From contig NC_042998.1 in assembly GCF_006345805.1 (NCBI RefSeq), forward strand, positions 7,874,001-7,938,000: DNA of 64,000 nt, read 5' to 3'. The notes beneath the pieces were generated by a model, which did not search any database, was not told the DNA's origin, and was given only the letters and a program-made list of their open reading frames with translations. Position numbers and translations under genes: made by a program. Origin of the DNA: Octopus sinensis (taxonomy: Eukaryota). Position 1 is the stretch's first letter. Each line of letters starts with the position of its first letter. Below are positions 51,916 through 64,000 of this stretch, in pieces.

Positions 51916-53159
51916 CAGGGCTTGGACAAAATAATAGAAATACATAGCATCATAGCATCATAATTTTGAAATATCTATAAAACCGTCAAATGCTTGTTTA
52001 TTTATTTATTATTAGTGTTGCTTAATATGTTTTGCTATAATTACTGTTTCTTTTCAGATATCATCAGAAAAATGTAATTAAAATTCATTAAAATTACAGA
52101 TCTATCGGATTTTCAAAGAGGTCAGATTTTGGTGCTCGTATGGCAGGCGCTAGCGTAACGAAAACCGCCGAAATGTTTGGTGTACTCAGAAATACAGCCT
52201 CGGAAGTATTGACAGCCTTTGTGAAAGAGGGAAACACCTCCTCGTCAAAAGAAAATTCTGGACGAACACCAAAACTTTCAGATAAGGACCGTCGAACTCT
52301 TACACGAATTGTTAGAAAGGATCACAAAAGCACAGCTCCCAAAATTACTGCAGAGCTTAATGACCACTCCGAGAACTCAGTTTCCACAAAAACTGTTCGC
52401 CGGGAGCTGCAGAAAGCCGGATTTCACGGGAGGGCTGTAATCAGAAAACCACTACTTTCAAAAACAAACGTTGTAAAGCATTTAGACTGGAGTAAAAAAC
52501 CTACAGAATTGGTCTCTAGAGCAGTGGAAGAATGTTATTTTCTCGGACGAGTCATCCTTTTCCTTATTTCCAATTACCGGTCGAGTATACTGTGGAGACA
52601 GACGATAGAAGCATTTGACCCAGCTGTGTTCTTCCAATTGTTAAACAAGGAGTAGAATTTGTGATGATCTGGAGGTTTATATCTTGCAAATCCGCTGGCC
52701 CAATGGTTTCCCTTCGTGGCAGAATTAATAGACAAAACTACTTAAGCATTTTGTCTGATCAAATTCAGCCTATGTTTCCGAGGAGGAGGGAACCCAATCT
52801 TTCAGGATGATAATGCACCAATTCACACAGTTAAAGTTGTTACTGAATGACACGAGGAACATTCCAGTGAAGTTGAACATCTTATCTAGCCACTACAGAC
52901 CCCAGATCTCAATATTATTGAACATTTATAGTGCATTTTAGAAAAACAAGTAAGGAGTCGATATCCTCCACCATCACCACAAGAACCGGAGACTGTTTTA
53001 ACTGAAGAATGGACGAAAATTCCTTTGGAAACTTCAGACTTTGTACGAGTCCATACCTCAGAATTCAAGCTGTAATTACTGCCAAAGGCAGTCCTACTCC
53101 ATTTTAAAATAAATTTGTTTGAAATTTTAAGATGTTTCCATTATTTTGTCCAACCCCTG
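51916..53159 (+). mobile_element. Decayed Tc1-type transposon, DD36E (Incomer-like)
   Basis: TIRs CAGGGCTTGGACAAAATAATAGAAA / TTTCCATTATTTTGTCCAACCCCTG, TA on the right; DLSDFQRGQI, GRTPKLS, FSDES, FQDDNAPIH, PDLNIIEH; stops and frameshifts. Confidence 0.9.
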
Positions 53160-53178
53160 TATATATATATATATAATA

Positions 53179-53216
<38 letters not shown>

Positions 53217-53524
53217 GTATATGAATGTATGTGTGTTTATATTATATGTATAATATCTATGTATCTATATGTAGACACACACACACACATACATACACAT
53301 GCACGTTATACATATGCATATTATTGTATATATGTATAGATATACATATATCTATATATAGCTTTATCTATCTATTTATCTATATAGCTATATACATACA
53401 TACATATATATATTTATCTATATAGCTATATACATACATACATACATACATATATATATTTATCTATATAGCTATATACATACCATATATATATATATAT
53501 ATATAATATATATATATATATTAT

Positions 53525-53572
<48 letters not shown>

Positions 53573-53582
53573 ATATACATAC

Positions 53583-53645
<63 letters not shown>

Positions 53646-54831
53646 ACGGGAAGGTTTACGAAAATAAACAAAAGACGAAGGCAGGTGGAGTACAAACAAA
53701 CAAATGTATTAGTATGGCGCTCGGGAATAGAAATAGAACAAGTCTTTTACGTTTCGAGCCTACGTTCTTCGAAAGAAAGATACACAGAAAAGAAACAAGG
53801 AGAGAAACAAGGAGAGAAAAAAATGCGTGTAGGAGCTAACGGTCCATATGTATATACATACACAAATATATATTATCTATGCATCTGTATGTGTATGAGT
53901 GTTTCTTCCCACTATCTTATCCGACTTCTGATCCTCTTCTCCCTTCATTAATATCTTCCTATTTCACACGCCCCTCTAATTTGTTGTCAACCACACCAAG
54001 ACTCATAGGAAGTAAATACTAGAAACTATCAATAGATATTCCGTAATTCACCCACGACCTACGCATTTAATGTACAAGCAGACAAAAAAAAATACAGGGA
54101 AACAAATGCATATTGTAGACTATGCCTACGCACATGGAGACACACATCCGTTTGTTTGTACAAGATAATGCATGTATGTATGCACATATATATATACATA
54201 TAGACAAATATACACACACACATAGACACTCATATATGTACGTACTTATATATGTGTGTGTGTGTGGAGTTTATTTTAAGTTGCAATTACAAACATTACG
54301 CCTATTAATTTCGCAATTACTGATTTTCAAGCCATCAGTTTATAAAATGAGACAGCTTTATATTCCGAATATTTTTTATCTATCACTTGTTTCAGTCATT
54401 AGACTGCGGCCATGTTGGGTCAGTATCCTTGAAAAAGTTTAGTCAGGCGAATCGACACCAGTACCTTTTTCAGGCCTGCTAAGGAGTATGTGGACAACAC
54501 ACACACACAAACACACACACATATACATACATAGCTACATACATACATACATACATACATACATACATACATACATAATACATACATACATGTATATATG
54601 TGTGTGTGTGTGTCTTTGTTTTTGTGTTAGTCCCCACTACCATCGTTTGACAACCGATGTTGGTGTGTTTACGTGCCCGTAACTTAGCAGTTCGGCAAAC
54701 AGGCGATAGAATATGCACCAGGCTTATAAAGAATAAGTTCTGGGGTCGATTTCTTCGACTAAAAGGCGGTGCTCTAGCACTGTCGCAGTCATCTGACTGC
54801 AACAAGTAACAGAATAATATAATATAATATA

Positions 54832-54872
<41 letters not shown>

Positions 54873-55047
54873 ATAGAAATGGTAAGAGGACAAAAGAATG
54901 AAAGAGACCTCGATATCATGTAAATAGAGGAATTTATCTGTAAGTATAATTGTGACATCCGAAGCTCGGAGTTTTATCATGGCTACCGAATAATTGTTAC
55001 AGATTATACCCACATATATATATATATATATATATAATATATATATA

Positions 55048-55090
<43 letters not shown>

Positions 55091-55145
55091 TATTATACAT
55101 TATATACATATATATATATATATATAACATATTATATATATATAC

Positions 55146-55226
<81 letters not shown>

Positions 55227-55244
55227 CATATTATATATATTACA

Positions 55245-55299
<55 letters not shown>

Positions 55300-55312
55300 A
55301 CATATATATATC

Positions 55313-58300
55313 TCAGGGAGAACAAAACAAAAACAAAAAGTTAAAAGAAGGGAAAAAAGCGCACTGACCACTACTGAAAGACGGTATGCAGATGTGGTGC
55401 GCGGAAACCCAACAGGTGGCCAGCTTCACCCAGATGTGAGAAGGGCGGCAGCTGAACAGCAGTCTTTTTTGTGCATGGCACAAAAAATTGTTCAGCAGCT
55501 GACCTGGCTACAAGCACAAAGCTGGAACTACCACCACATAAGGCCACCTCCAACAGATGCAGGATGGCCACCACAGACACCAACACCAACACCAACACAC
55601 ACACCACAAAAATATTTCTACTGAATGTAGGAGGGCTGCTGCGCGAAACTGTAAAAGTAAAAAGAAAATTTCATTCCTGAGAGACCTTGTGACATGCAAT
55701 CAAGCTATATGCATGGCACTCACAGAAACGCATCTTGAACCCGATATAGGTGATGCAGAAATACACATGCCGCAATATGCAGTCATACGCACAGATAGAA
55801 AAGGGAGGAGCCATGGTGGAGTTGCAATGTACATCCGAGATGACCTCACGCCCCAGGTCCTGCTGTCATATTCAAACTCAGTATGTGAAACTCAAATTGT
55901 ACACATAAGACAACTGAATATCGTCATATGCACTACATATCGCCCACCAGACGCCCCCCCAAACACTCAGGCATGTTTGAAGACTGCCTAACAAAAATAG
56001 GAGAAGTCCTCACCAACCTTGAACAGCACAACAGTGTATTCTTCATGGGTGACTTTAACCTCCCCAAGGTAGAATGGCCTGGGGGGCAGATGCTCCCAGG
56101 GATGACACACCATCAGCAGGCACAGGTGGAGTCCCTGCTCCATCTCACAATACCTCTTTCATGGAGCAAATAGTTCTGCAACCAACAAGGGCAGATAATA
56201 TACTGGATCTCTGCTTCACAAACAATATGGATATTATCCATAATGTTAATGTGATGCCGACAATGATCTCGGATCACAACATAATAGAGCTGTCTATGTA
56301 TGGAACAAAAGCCCCAGCAGACACACCAGCCTATACGAAGCACCTACCATCTCTCCAACTTAAACTTTCATAAAGCCAACTGGAAGTCGATTGGAGAAAG
56401 AGATCCTCAAACAGGATTGGCCTGAATGTCTCTCCACACCGGACATAAACATGAAACACAAACACTTCATGTCCATAATACAAGCCATATGTGACAATAT
56501 GTCCCAATGTGCAGGGCCAGCACACACAAGAACAAAAACAGGATCCCTAGAGAAAGGAGGATTCTTATGAGACGACGGACAAGGATTGCAAACCGCCCCT
56601 GAGCAAGCACACCAAAAGTGGTGAGAAGTCTCGGCTCGAAAGAATGCTAATGGAAACTGAGAAAAGTCTACATCAGTCCCATGAAAAGGAGAGAGCAGAT
56701 AAAGAAGCTTGGGTAATAGAAAATATAAAATCAAACCCTAAAGCTTTCTTTAAGTTTGCCAAAGAGACAGCCACAGTGCACCAGAGAATAGGACCTCTCT
56801 TCCAAAAAGATGGCTCTCTCACAGGAAATCCCACGAGGATAAGAGACAAAAATTGAGTACATCAACATCGAAGAAGATGATATCACACTAGCCATTGATG
56901 AGATTGACACAAACTCAGCTGCTGGACCTGATGGATTCCCAGCGATCCTTCTCAAATCGTGCAAACGAGCCCTTGCAAAACCGCTACAGCTTCTTTTTCA
57001 GAGCTTTCTTGCAAGTGGTAAGCTCCCAGTCAAACTGAAAGAGGGGGTAATATGCCCTATCCATAAGGGAGGTAGCAGAGCAGATGCTAAAAATTATAGG
57101 CCTATCTCTCTGACCTCACACATCAGCAAAGTCATGGAACGAATAGTCCGTAAGAAACTAATCATGTTCCTTGAAGAAAATGACTTACTGTCTGACACCC
57201 AGCATGGATTTCGACCAGGTAGAGGCTGCCTAACACAGCTCCTGCAACACTATGACTGGGTGTTGAAACAGCTACTAAATGGCTCAAATGTGGATGTAAT
57301 ATATCTTGACTTTGCAAAAGCCTTTGATAAAGTCGACCATGGTATGATCTGTCACAAACTGCGTGGTCTCGGCATAGGCGGGAAACTTGGAGAGTGGCTG
57401 CACAACTTCCTAAAAGACAGAAAACAGGCAGTTGTGAGCAATGGAGCCACCTCCAGGGAAACGCAAATAACAAGCGGTGTCCCACAGGGGCCACTGATGT
57501 TCATAGTGGCCCTTTCAGACATGCCTTCAGTTGCTACGATGACCACCCTTGCTAGCTATGCAGATGACACAAAAGTCTCCCACGCAATACAAAACCCTGA
57601 AAATATTGCGCATCTGCAACATGAGCTGGACACAATATACAGGTGGGCTGAGGACAACAACATGCAGTTTAATGCAGGTAAGTTCCAGGCCCTGCGCTAC
57701 TGGCACACAAAGGTAAATGACGTGAAGACTGGATACACTGGCCCAGGAAGAATTGCAATCCCTGAGTCAAAATCAGTGCGTGATCTGGGCATTGACATGA
57801 GCAATGATGCATCTTTCCAAATGCATATTGCTAATCTGGTGATAAAATGCAGACGGCTAGCTGGATGGATTCTCCGAACTTTCAGAACAAGAGAGAAGGA
57901 GACACTGATGGTCCTATGGAAAACATTTGTCCTCAGCCGCTTGGACTACTGCTCCCAACTTTGGTCACCACACAATATAAAACAAACAGCAGAACTCGAA
58001 GCAACTCAGAGAAGCTACACAAAGAAAATCGTCTCAATGCAAAATGTCAGCTACTGGGAAAGACTGAAGGTATTAAACCTCTTCTCCCTGGAGCGGAGGC
58101 GGGAGAGATATGCAGTGATATACATCTGGAAAATCCTGGAGGTCTTGTCCCAAACTTTGGCATTCAAAGTTACTCCAACCGCAGAACGGGGCGCCGCTGC
58201 GTGGTGCCAAGGATTCCAACATCACCATCAAAATACAGGTCCAGATACTGCAACAGCTTGGGTTTCAGAGGACCACAGCTCTTTAACATCCTCCCTAAAT

Positions 58301-58553
58301 TCCTGAGAGACTTACATGGTGTGGATGTGGGTTTCTTTAAAACTAAACTGGATCTCTTCTTGTTGGGAGTCCCAGATGAACCTACCTCACGACAGGAGAC
58401 ACGGATGCGGGCAGCAGCATCGAACTCCCTTGTTGATCAAGTGCCACGTATCAGAGGTGGATTCACAAACTAGTGTAGCTCATTCAGCGGTGGTGCCCCA
58501 GCATGGCCGCGGCCTTCGGGCTAAAACATTTTTAAGGATTTAAGGATTTAAGG
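55313..58553 (+). mobile_element. Decayed CR1-group LINE (APE and RT) inserted in (TA)n
   Basis: ALTETHL, GGVAMY, YRPP, GDFNLP, LDL, SDH; AAGPDG, NYRPISLTS, QHGFR, YLDFAKAFDKV, YADD, SLERRRE; tail (ATTTAAGG)n; frameshifts and a deletion near 56850. Confidence 0.92.
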
Positions 58554-58554
58554 A

Positions 58555-58693
<139 letters not shown>

Positions 58694-58840
58694 ATATATA
58701 TTAATATATATATATATATACTATATAATATATATATATAGATATATATATATATATACAATATATATATATATATATTATATATATATATACATATATA
58801 TATACATATATATATCTATATATATATATATATATCTATA

Positions 58841-58896
<56 letters not shown>

Positions 58897-58910
58897 ATTA
58901 TATACATATA

Positions 58911-58955
<45 letters not shown>

Positions 58956-59005
58956 GTGTAGGAAGAAATGGAGCTGAACGAAGACTTAACAAATTCCTTT
59001 TTATT

Positions 59006-59091
59006 ATTTTCTACATATGTTTCAAAGACTGCAAAGTCCCTAATTCGGAATGAATAAGGAGTCCATTTTGCAGCCTTCTCTTCAGGAAAAT
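59006..59091 (-). ncRNA. Type I hammerhead ribozyme
   Basis: Reverse-complement copy of 59268-59353 with one G-U substitution in stem II. Confidence 0.75.
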
Positions 59092-59267
59092 CCAGGAACT
59101 TAATTCTCCAACAAAATGCACAGCATACCTTGCAAGCACTGGTGTAAACAACTTAAGTGAGCTAGGGCGTTAAAATACATGGAAACACTTTCAACGCTGC
59201 AATCGTTTTTCTTTCAGCACACAATCTCAGATCTGCTGTGCATTTTGTTGGAGAATTAAGTTCCTGG

Positions 59268-59353
59268 ATTTTCCTGAAGAGAAGGCTGCAAAATGGACTC
59301 CTTATTCAATCCGAATTAGGGACTTTGCAGCCTTTGAAACATATGTAGAAAAT
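59268..59353 (+). ncRNA. Type I hammerhead ribozyme
   Basis: ATTTTC-CTGAAGA-GAAGGCTGCAAA...TTTGCAGCCTTT-GAAAC-ATAT-GTA-GAAAAT. Confidence 0.8.
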
Positions 59354-59599
59354 AATAAAAAGGAATTTTGTTAAGTCTTTGTTCAGCTCCATTTCTTCCT
59401 ACACTAAATATATAAAACTTCAAATTTCCGCACTATGGCACGGATTTTAGACGCCATGGTCGTAACCTCAACCGTGCTTTTTCTGTTGTGATTTTTGCTA
59501 CCCAGGTATCGGTTATCATTTGAATAATCCATAATAAGATAATTCATTTATCTACTTCAATAATATATATATATATATAACGGAGATATACTTGCGTAG

Positions 59600-60418
59600 C
59601 AAGTGACCAGATCTGAGATTGTGTGCTGAAATAAAAAACGATTGCAGCGTTGAAAGTGTTTCCATGTATTTTAACGCCCTAGCTCACTTAAGTTGTTTAC
59701 ACCTGTGCTTGCAAGGTATGTGTGTAGCGTGTGATCGTCTTATTGACCATGACAGATAAATATGAGCAGAGAATCTGCATCGAATTTTGCCAAAAGCTTG
59801 GTGATGCCTGCTCAGGGGCCTACACAAAGTTTTCAAAGAGCTCCCATCGTTCACAACACAATCAAGGAGATCTTGTGCAACTAAGGCCCAAGTGTGTTTT
59901 TCGTCTGCTGAAAGCAGTTTTAGCATAAACTAAGCAGACACGCGTCTCATACCCAAATCTTCAGTGATAATGGCCTGAACTGAACGGTAACTAATCTGCA
60001 CATCCTCTGATAACTCATGAATGGTGATTCGACGATTTCCCATCGCAGCTTCACGCACATCTGTGATGTTTTTCTCAGTTCCACTGGTTGCGGGTTTCCC
60101 GCAACGTTCGTGAATATCGATATTTTTCGGCCATCTTGGAAACGTGTGGACCACTCGTAAATTTGTGTGCGGCTAAAACAGTCCTCTCCATACACTTTCT
60201 ACAACTTTGCGTATGCCTCTGAGCAAGAATCGCGACGATCACGCGCTACACACGTTTCTTCCAAGCACTGCTATAAACAGCGGAAGTGAGCTAGACCGTT
60301 AAAACTTAGTACGCATGCACAGTAATGTTCAAGGTCACTCTTTGCCTAGCAGCTTTAATCTGCATGCTTTAGCTTTGTTACTATGACAACAGTCCGGATA
60401 CTTATTGATCAGACCTCC
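59600..60418 (-). mobile_element. Rearranged mariner relic
   Basis: Minus strand YGEDCFSRTQIYEW..RF and NRRITIHELSED..ISYRSVQAIITEDLGMRRVSA (mariner HTH); TIR-like GAGGTCTGATCAATAAGTATCCG at 60418; second 5' end on + (MTDKYEQRICIEFCQKLG at 59749). Confidence 0.8.
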
Positions 60419-61289
60419 CATATATATGTATATATACATATAGGGGGAGAATTCACAAAAAAAAACAACAGACGAAGACTGGTGGTGTAGACAATAAGTA
60501 GATATATATTCGACGAGCTTCTTTCAGTTTCCGTCTACCAAATCTACTCACAAGGCGCCACACAATGGGACTGAACCCGTAACCATGTGGCTGCGAAGCA
60601 AACTTCTTAACACACACCCACTCCTATAGATTACAAAGCTGTTGAATAAGCAGGTATGCAATGCAGGGCTGTTTCGTGTAGTCAGAGTGACGATGTTACC
60701 TGTCACACGATGACAAAGATATCAACTTGTTTGTATTTACGTTACACGAAGAAATATCTAAGTTTTTGCTAAGAACGTGCATTATTACGATACGATGCGA
60801 ATATACGGTTTTCAACAGTTACGTAATTCAAAACAGTTGAACAAATATTTTGTTTTGTGGCGGCAGAAGCACATTAACTACAAGCCCTATTTTCATATTT
60901 CTGAGAAGCATGTTTAGCCTTTTGTAATATATTCAAAAGAAATTTGTAGACCTAAAGAATGTTAGTTTAAATTCAATGTGGTTTGATGAAATGGTGTCCA
61001 AAGGTCTTTTTATTTCTGTAAGATATAAATTTTATTTCTTTTGCAAAATACTATCTATTCAATAGCAAAGTGCAAGTCTTTTGTTCAAGCTAAGGCAAAC
61101 TTTGGGTTTTGTAATTATGTAAGTTTGGAGCGGAAAAATTAACAAGAAAAACAACATTGTTGATATTTCTATCTAATCATAATTACCTAGGTTTCAGTAA
61201 TCCATTTAAATAACAACTGCGCAATGTCTGCATCAGTCGTATGCACTTTGTCGCCATTCTGGTAATATGCACTTAGAAAGAGGTATCAT

Positions 61290-61845
61290 CAGTCTTGTCG
61301 ATACCCAGGTCCCTCACTGATTTAGGTTCTGGGATTGTAATTCCCTGTGGACCAGTGGACCCTTTAAGTTTCATATTCAGTTTTGGACGCCGGTAACGCA
61401 GGGCTTGGGATTTTTCAGCATTAAACTACATGTTATTATCCTCAGCTCATCAGTAAATTGAATCTAACTCCTGCTGTAGATGTGCAACATCGCTGGGGTT
61501 CTGTATTTTCTGTGAGACTTTCGTATCGTCAACGTAGCTAGCAAGGGTAGCTATCCGGGCAGATGAGGGCATATCTGAGAGGGCCGCTATGAAAAGCAGT
61601 GGTCCCAAGAGAGAGCCCTGTGAAACATTGCTCACTATTTTTGTTTTCATTGAAGTGGCTCTACTGCCTGACTTCTATCTTTCAGAAAGTCATGTAACCA
61701 CTCTCCAAGTTTTCCAGCTATGCCGAGATCATGCAGTTTGTGGCATATCATACCATGAACCACTTTGTCAAAAGCTTTTGCAAAATCAAGTTATATTACG
61801 TCCCCATTTAAGTTGCTGAGTAACTACCTCAACACCCAATCATAA
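61290..61845 (-). pseudogene. CR1-group RT fragment
   Basis: DFAKAFDKV, QGSLLGPLLF, YVDDTKV; paralogous to 57260-57800. Confidence 0.85.
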
Positions 61846-62199
61846 TATTGTACATACATATATATTCAAAATGTGACCGCGTGTGTACCGTTGGCGATTT
61901 TTTTCCTCCGTCTTCCCTTCCTTGGATCTTTTCTTTTCCTTTGTTTCTGACGAAGAACTCCGCTCGAAACGTTAAATCCTCCTTCTTTCTTCCCTTTCCT
62001 GAGCGCCCAATAACACTGTACTTATTTCCCGTCCTCGCGTTGTTGTATTTTCTCTTTGTGTTTTCATGTTTGGATTAACTTTACATACATACATACATAC
62101 ATACAGACATACATATATACATACATACATACATGAACTGTAGTGTCAGAAAAAGTAGAGGGACGTTGAAACTAAAAACTACAAGCGACTAATATGTAG

Positions 62200-63410
62200 A
62201 AGGAACAATTCCAGAGTGCTGAGGCAGTTTCAGATTTTCATTAGAAACTGCTAATAAACATGTCCTTGGCGTATAACATGGTGATTTCATATCAAATGAA
62301 CTGATTCGTGGAAGTACTGCAAAGGATCAAAAACAGTAAAACGGTTGGTTATGATAATATACAACAAGGCGACTGGAATGGAGAGTCATTCAATAATATT
62401 CTCTTTCAGAACATTTTTAATGTCGTATACAGCCAAAACCCAATTGAGAAATGGACTGGGAGCTGCACTCTTTCGTTTCTCAGCAAAGGTAATTTAAGCT
62501 AAAATTTACAGAATGATTACTTTTGCAGCGTTAGCAACAAAACCAACAAGAAATTGTTGCTTAAACGTCTACAGCCAAAATTTGAGAAGGACTTAAGGAG
62601 ACACTGGAATAGATTCAGCAGAATCGGTCAACTTTTGAACAGAGTTTTACAATCCGAAAGGAATTAAGAGCTAAAACCTCTGTAAAGCCCTCGAATTTAT
62701 GCACCAAAGAAAAGTGGAATGCATCTATTTAACATAGGGTGTACTTGAACTAGTAATTAGCTGCAGAACGATGCTCTACAGGCTCACAAGAGTAAAAGGA
62801 CGATCGTTCGACAGAGATACTGGTTTCTTCGATATCAATTCCATACCGGATTATTCAGATGATGATAATCTGCTTTGACTGTGTCTTTTGCCCTTCAATT
62901 CACAAAATGAAAAAACAAAGATGATCTACGTTCCCTCCTTACCTATCCACAGCAACAACAGACGCATATACCAATACCATTCTTCTGTTTGCATACATTT
63001 TCTCAAAAGGTACCTAGTAAAAGCTGTAGAAAACATTGGTTCTCGTGTAAATAACTTATATATTAAATACATCTGCTACCTTCAAAAGGGCTCAATAACT
63101 AAAAACAAAACATTCCAAAATCTGTAAATTCTTTTGTGTACATACGAAATAACAATACAAAATCTACAGAAAAGCTGTATTTCTCGGCCTCACTATCATT
63201 TGGAAGCCATTGATGATATTAAGAGGAGATTCTTTCGTCCTGTTGTAAGGGCCCACTGGCTGGACATTCACGGGTTGATGTAAGGCTTAATGGCTCTCAG
63301 ACGAATACGCTACGGATCGTCCTGAATATCTCGTGGAGAAATCCTCCAAGCAAAGACTCATGTAGTCGTCTGGAAATTCCTGATGTCATGAAGAGAGAGA
63401 GAGAGAGAGC
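62200..63410 (+). pseudogene. Highly decayed RTE LINE remnants
   Basis: KTVGYDNI..W, KGNL, LLLKRLQP; 3' piece near 63200-63410 with (GA)n tail. Confidence 0.5.
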
Positions 63411-63487
63411 CGCATGTTTTTGCAGGATATTGCTAAAGAACGAAGCAAACACTCGTGATACATTTCATTGGACTACCTGACATAAAT

Positions 63488-63866
63488 CTCTCTATATATA
63501 AAGCTGAAGTCTGTGTGTGGCAGGTTTGGTAGCCTTCAACTAACACTATCTCCTCCGAGACCCTGCGGCACAAGTTGACCAAAATTGAGAGTATGATAGA
63601 AGAAGGCTTGCTCTTCCTTCCGTAGAAAAAATTCAAATCGGACCATGTTAAGACCAAAAATTATTTACATCAAAAAGGTGGTTTTTTCTATGAAAATCCC
63701 TATTTTTGACTGCTGTGTCGCCATTTTTCGGTGTATTTCAACCAGAAAAATGATTGCTTAAAGAGAATAACAAGATACATAATGCACAATTTTTACTTTT
63801 CAAAAATTCCAATTCTAAAGTAAAGGGTCGAAACAAACCCGAGCAACGCTGGGCGATACTGCTAGT
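63488..63866 (-). mobile_element. Non-autonomous Helentron/DINE-1-like element
   Basis: 5' ACTAGCAGTATCGCCCAGCGTTGCTCGGG and 3' ACTTCAGCTTTATATATAGA, same ends as 19452-19851 with a different interior. Confidence 0.6.
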
Positions 63867-64000
63867 ATATAATACTACACAGGTGTGCCACCAGTAAATT
63901 CATTCAGTTATCGGCATTGTATAGCCTTAGGATGTTGCCTGATGATCTCTCAAATGCTATGATGGGTCGTGTGATCGACTGAGGCAAATCGAAGCAAGAT

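Larger units (their letters stand above)
58949..59413. mobile_element. Inverted pair of Penelope-type pLTRs
   Basis: Arms 58949-59125 and 59234-59413 are reverse complements; each carries a hammerhead. Confidence 0.75.

Noticed and set aside
63930-64000. CTGATGA near the window end
   Set aside because: No GAAA or stem III visible before truncation.

Overview
Repeat-rich, gene-poor eukaryotic DNA, most likely from an octopus. This is inferred from the tRNA-derived SINEs resembling the OK/OR1/OR2 families, very dense (TA)n/(CA)n/(AAT)n tracts and one 100-N gap. Nearly all listed ORFs are microsatellite or SINE artefacts. Real coding potential comes from transposons: a near full-length Tx1/L1-clade LINE (29891-35237), a decayed CR1-group LINE, RTE and Penelope fragments, a DD36E Tc1-type relic, a mariner relic and several MITE/foldback elements. 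One weak host first-exon candidate lies at 6623-6658 (-). The most striking observation is an apparent self-targeting LINE/SINE pair. The Tx1 LINE shares its 3' tail with one SINE family and is inserted at one fixed site in that SINE's head. New SINE copies repeatedly land at the same site, building head-to-tail arrays. The window also holds several minimal type-I hammerhead ribozymes of Penelope type and a second LINE/SINE tail pair.
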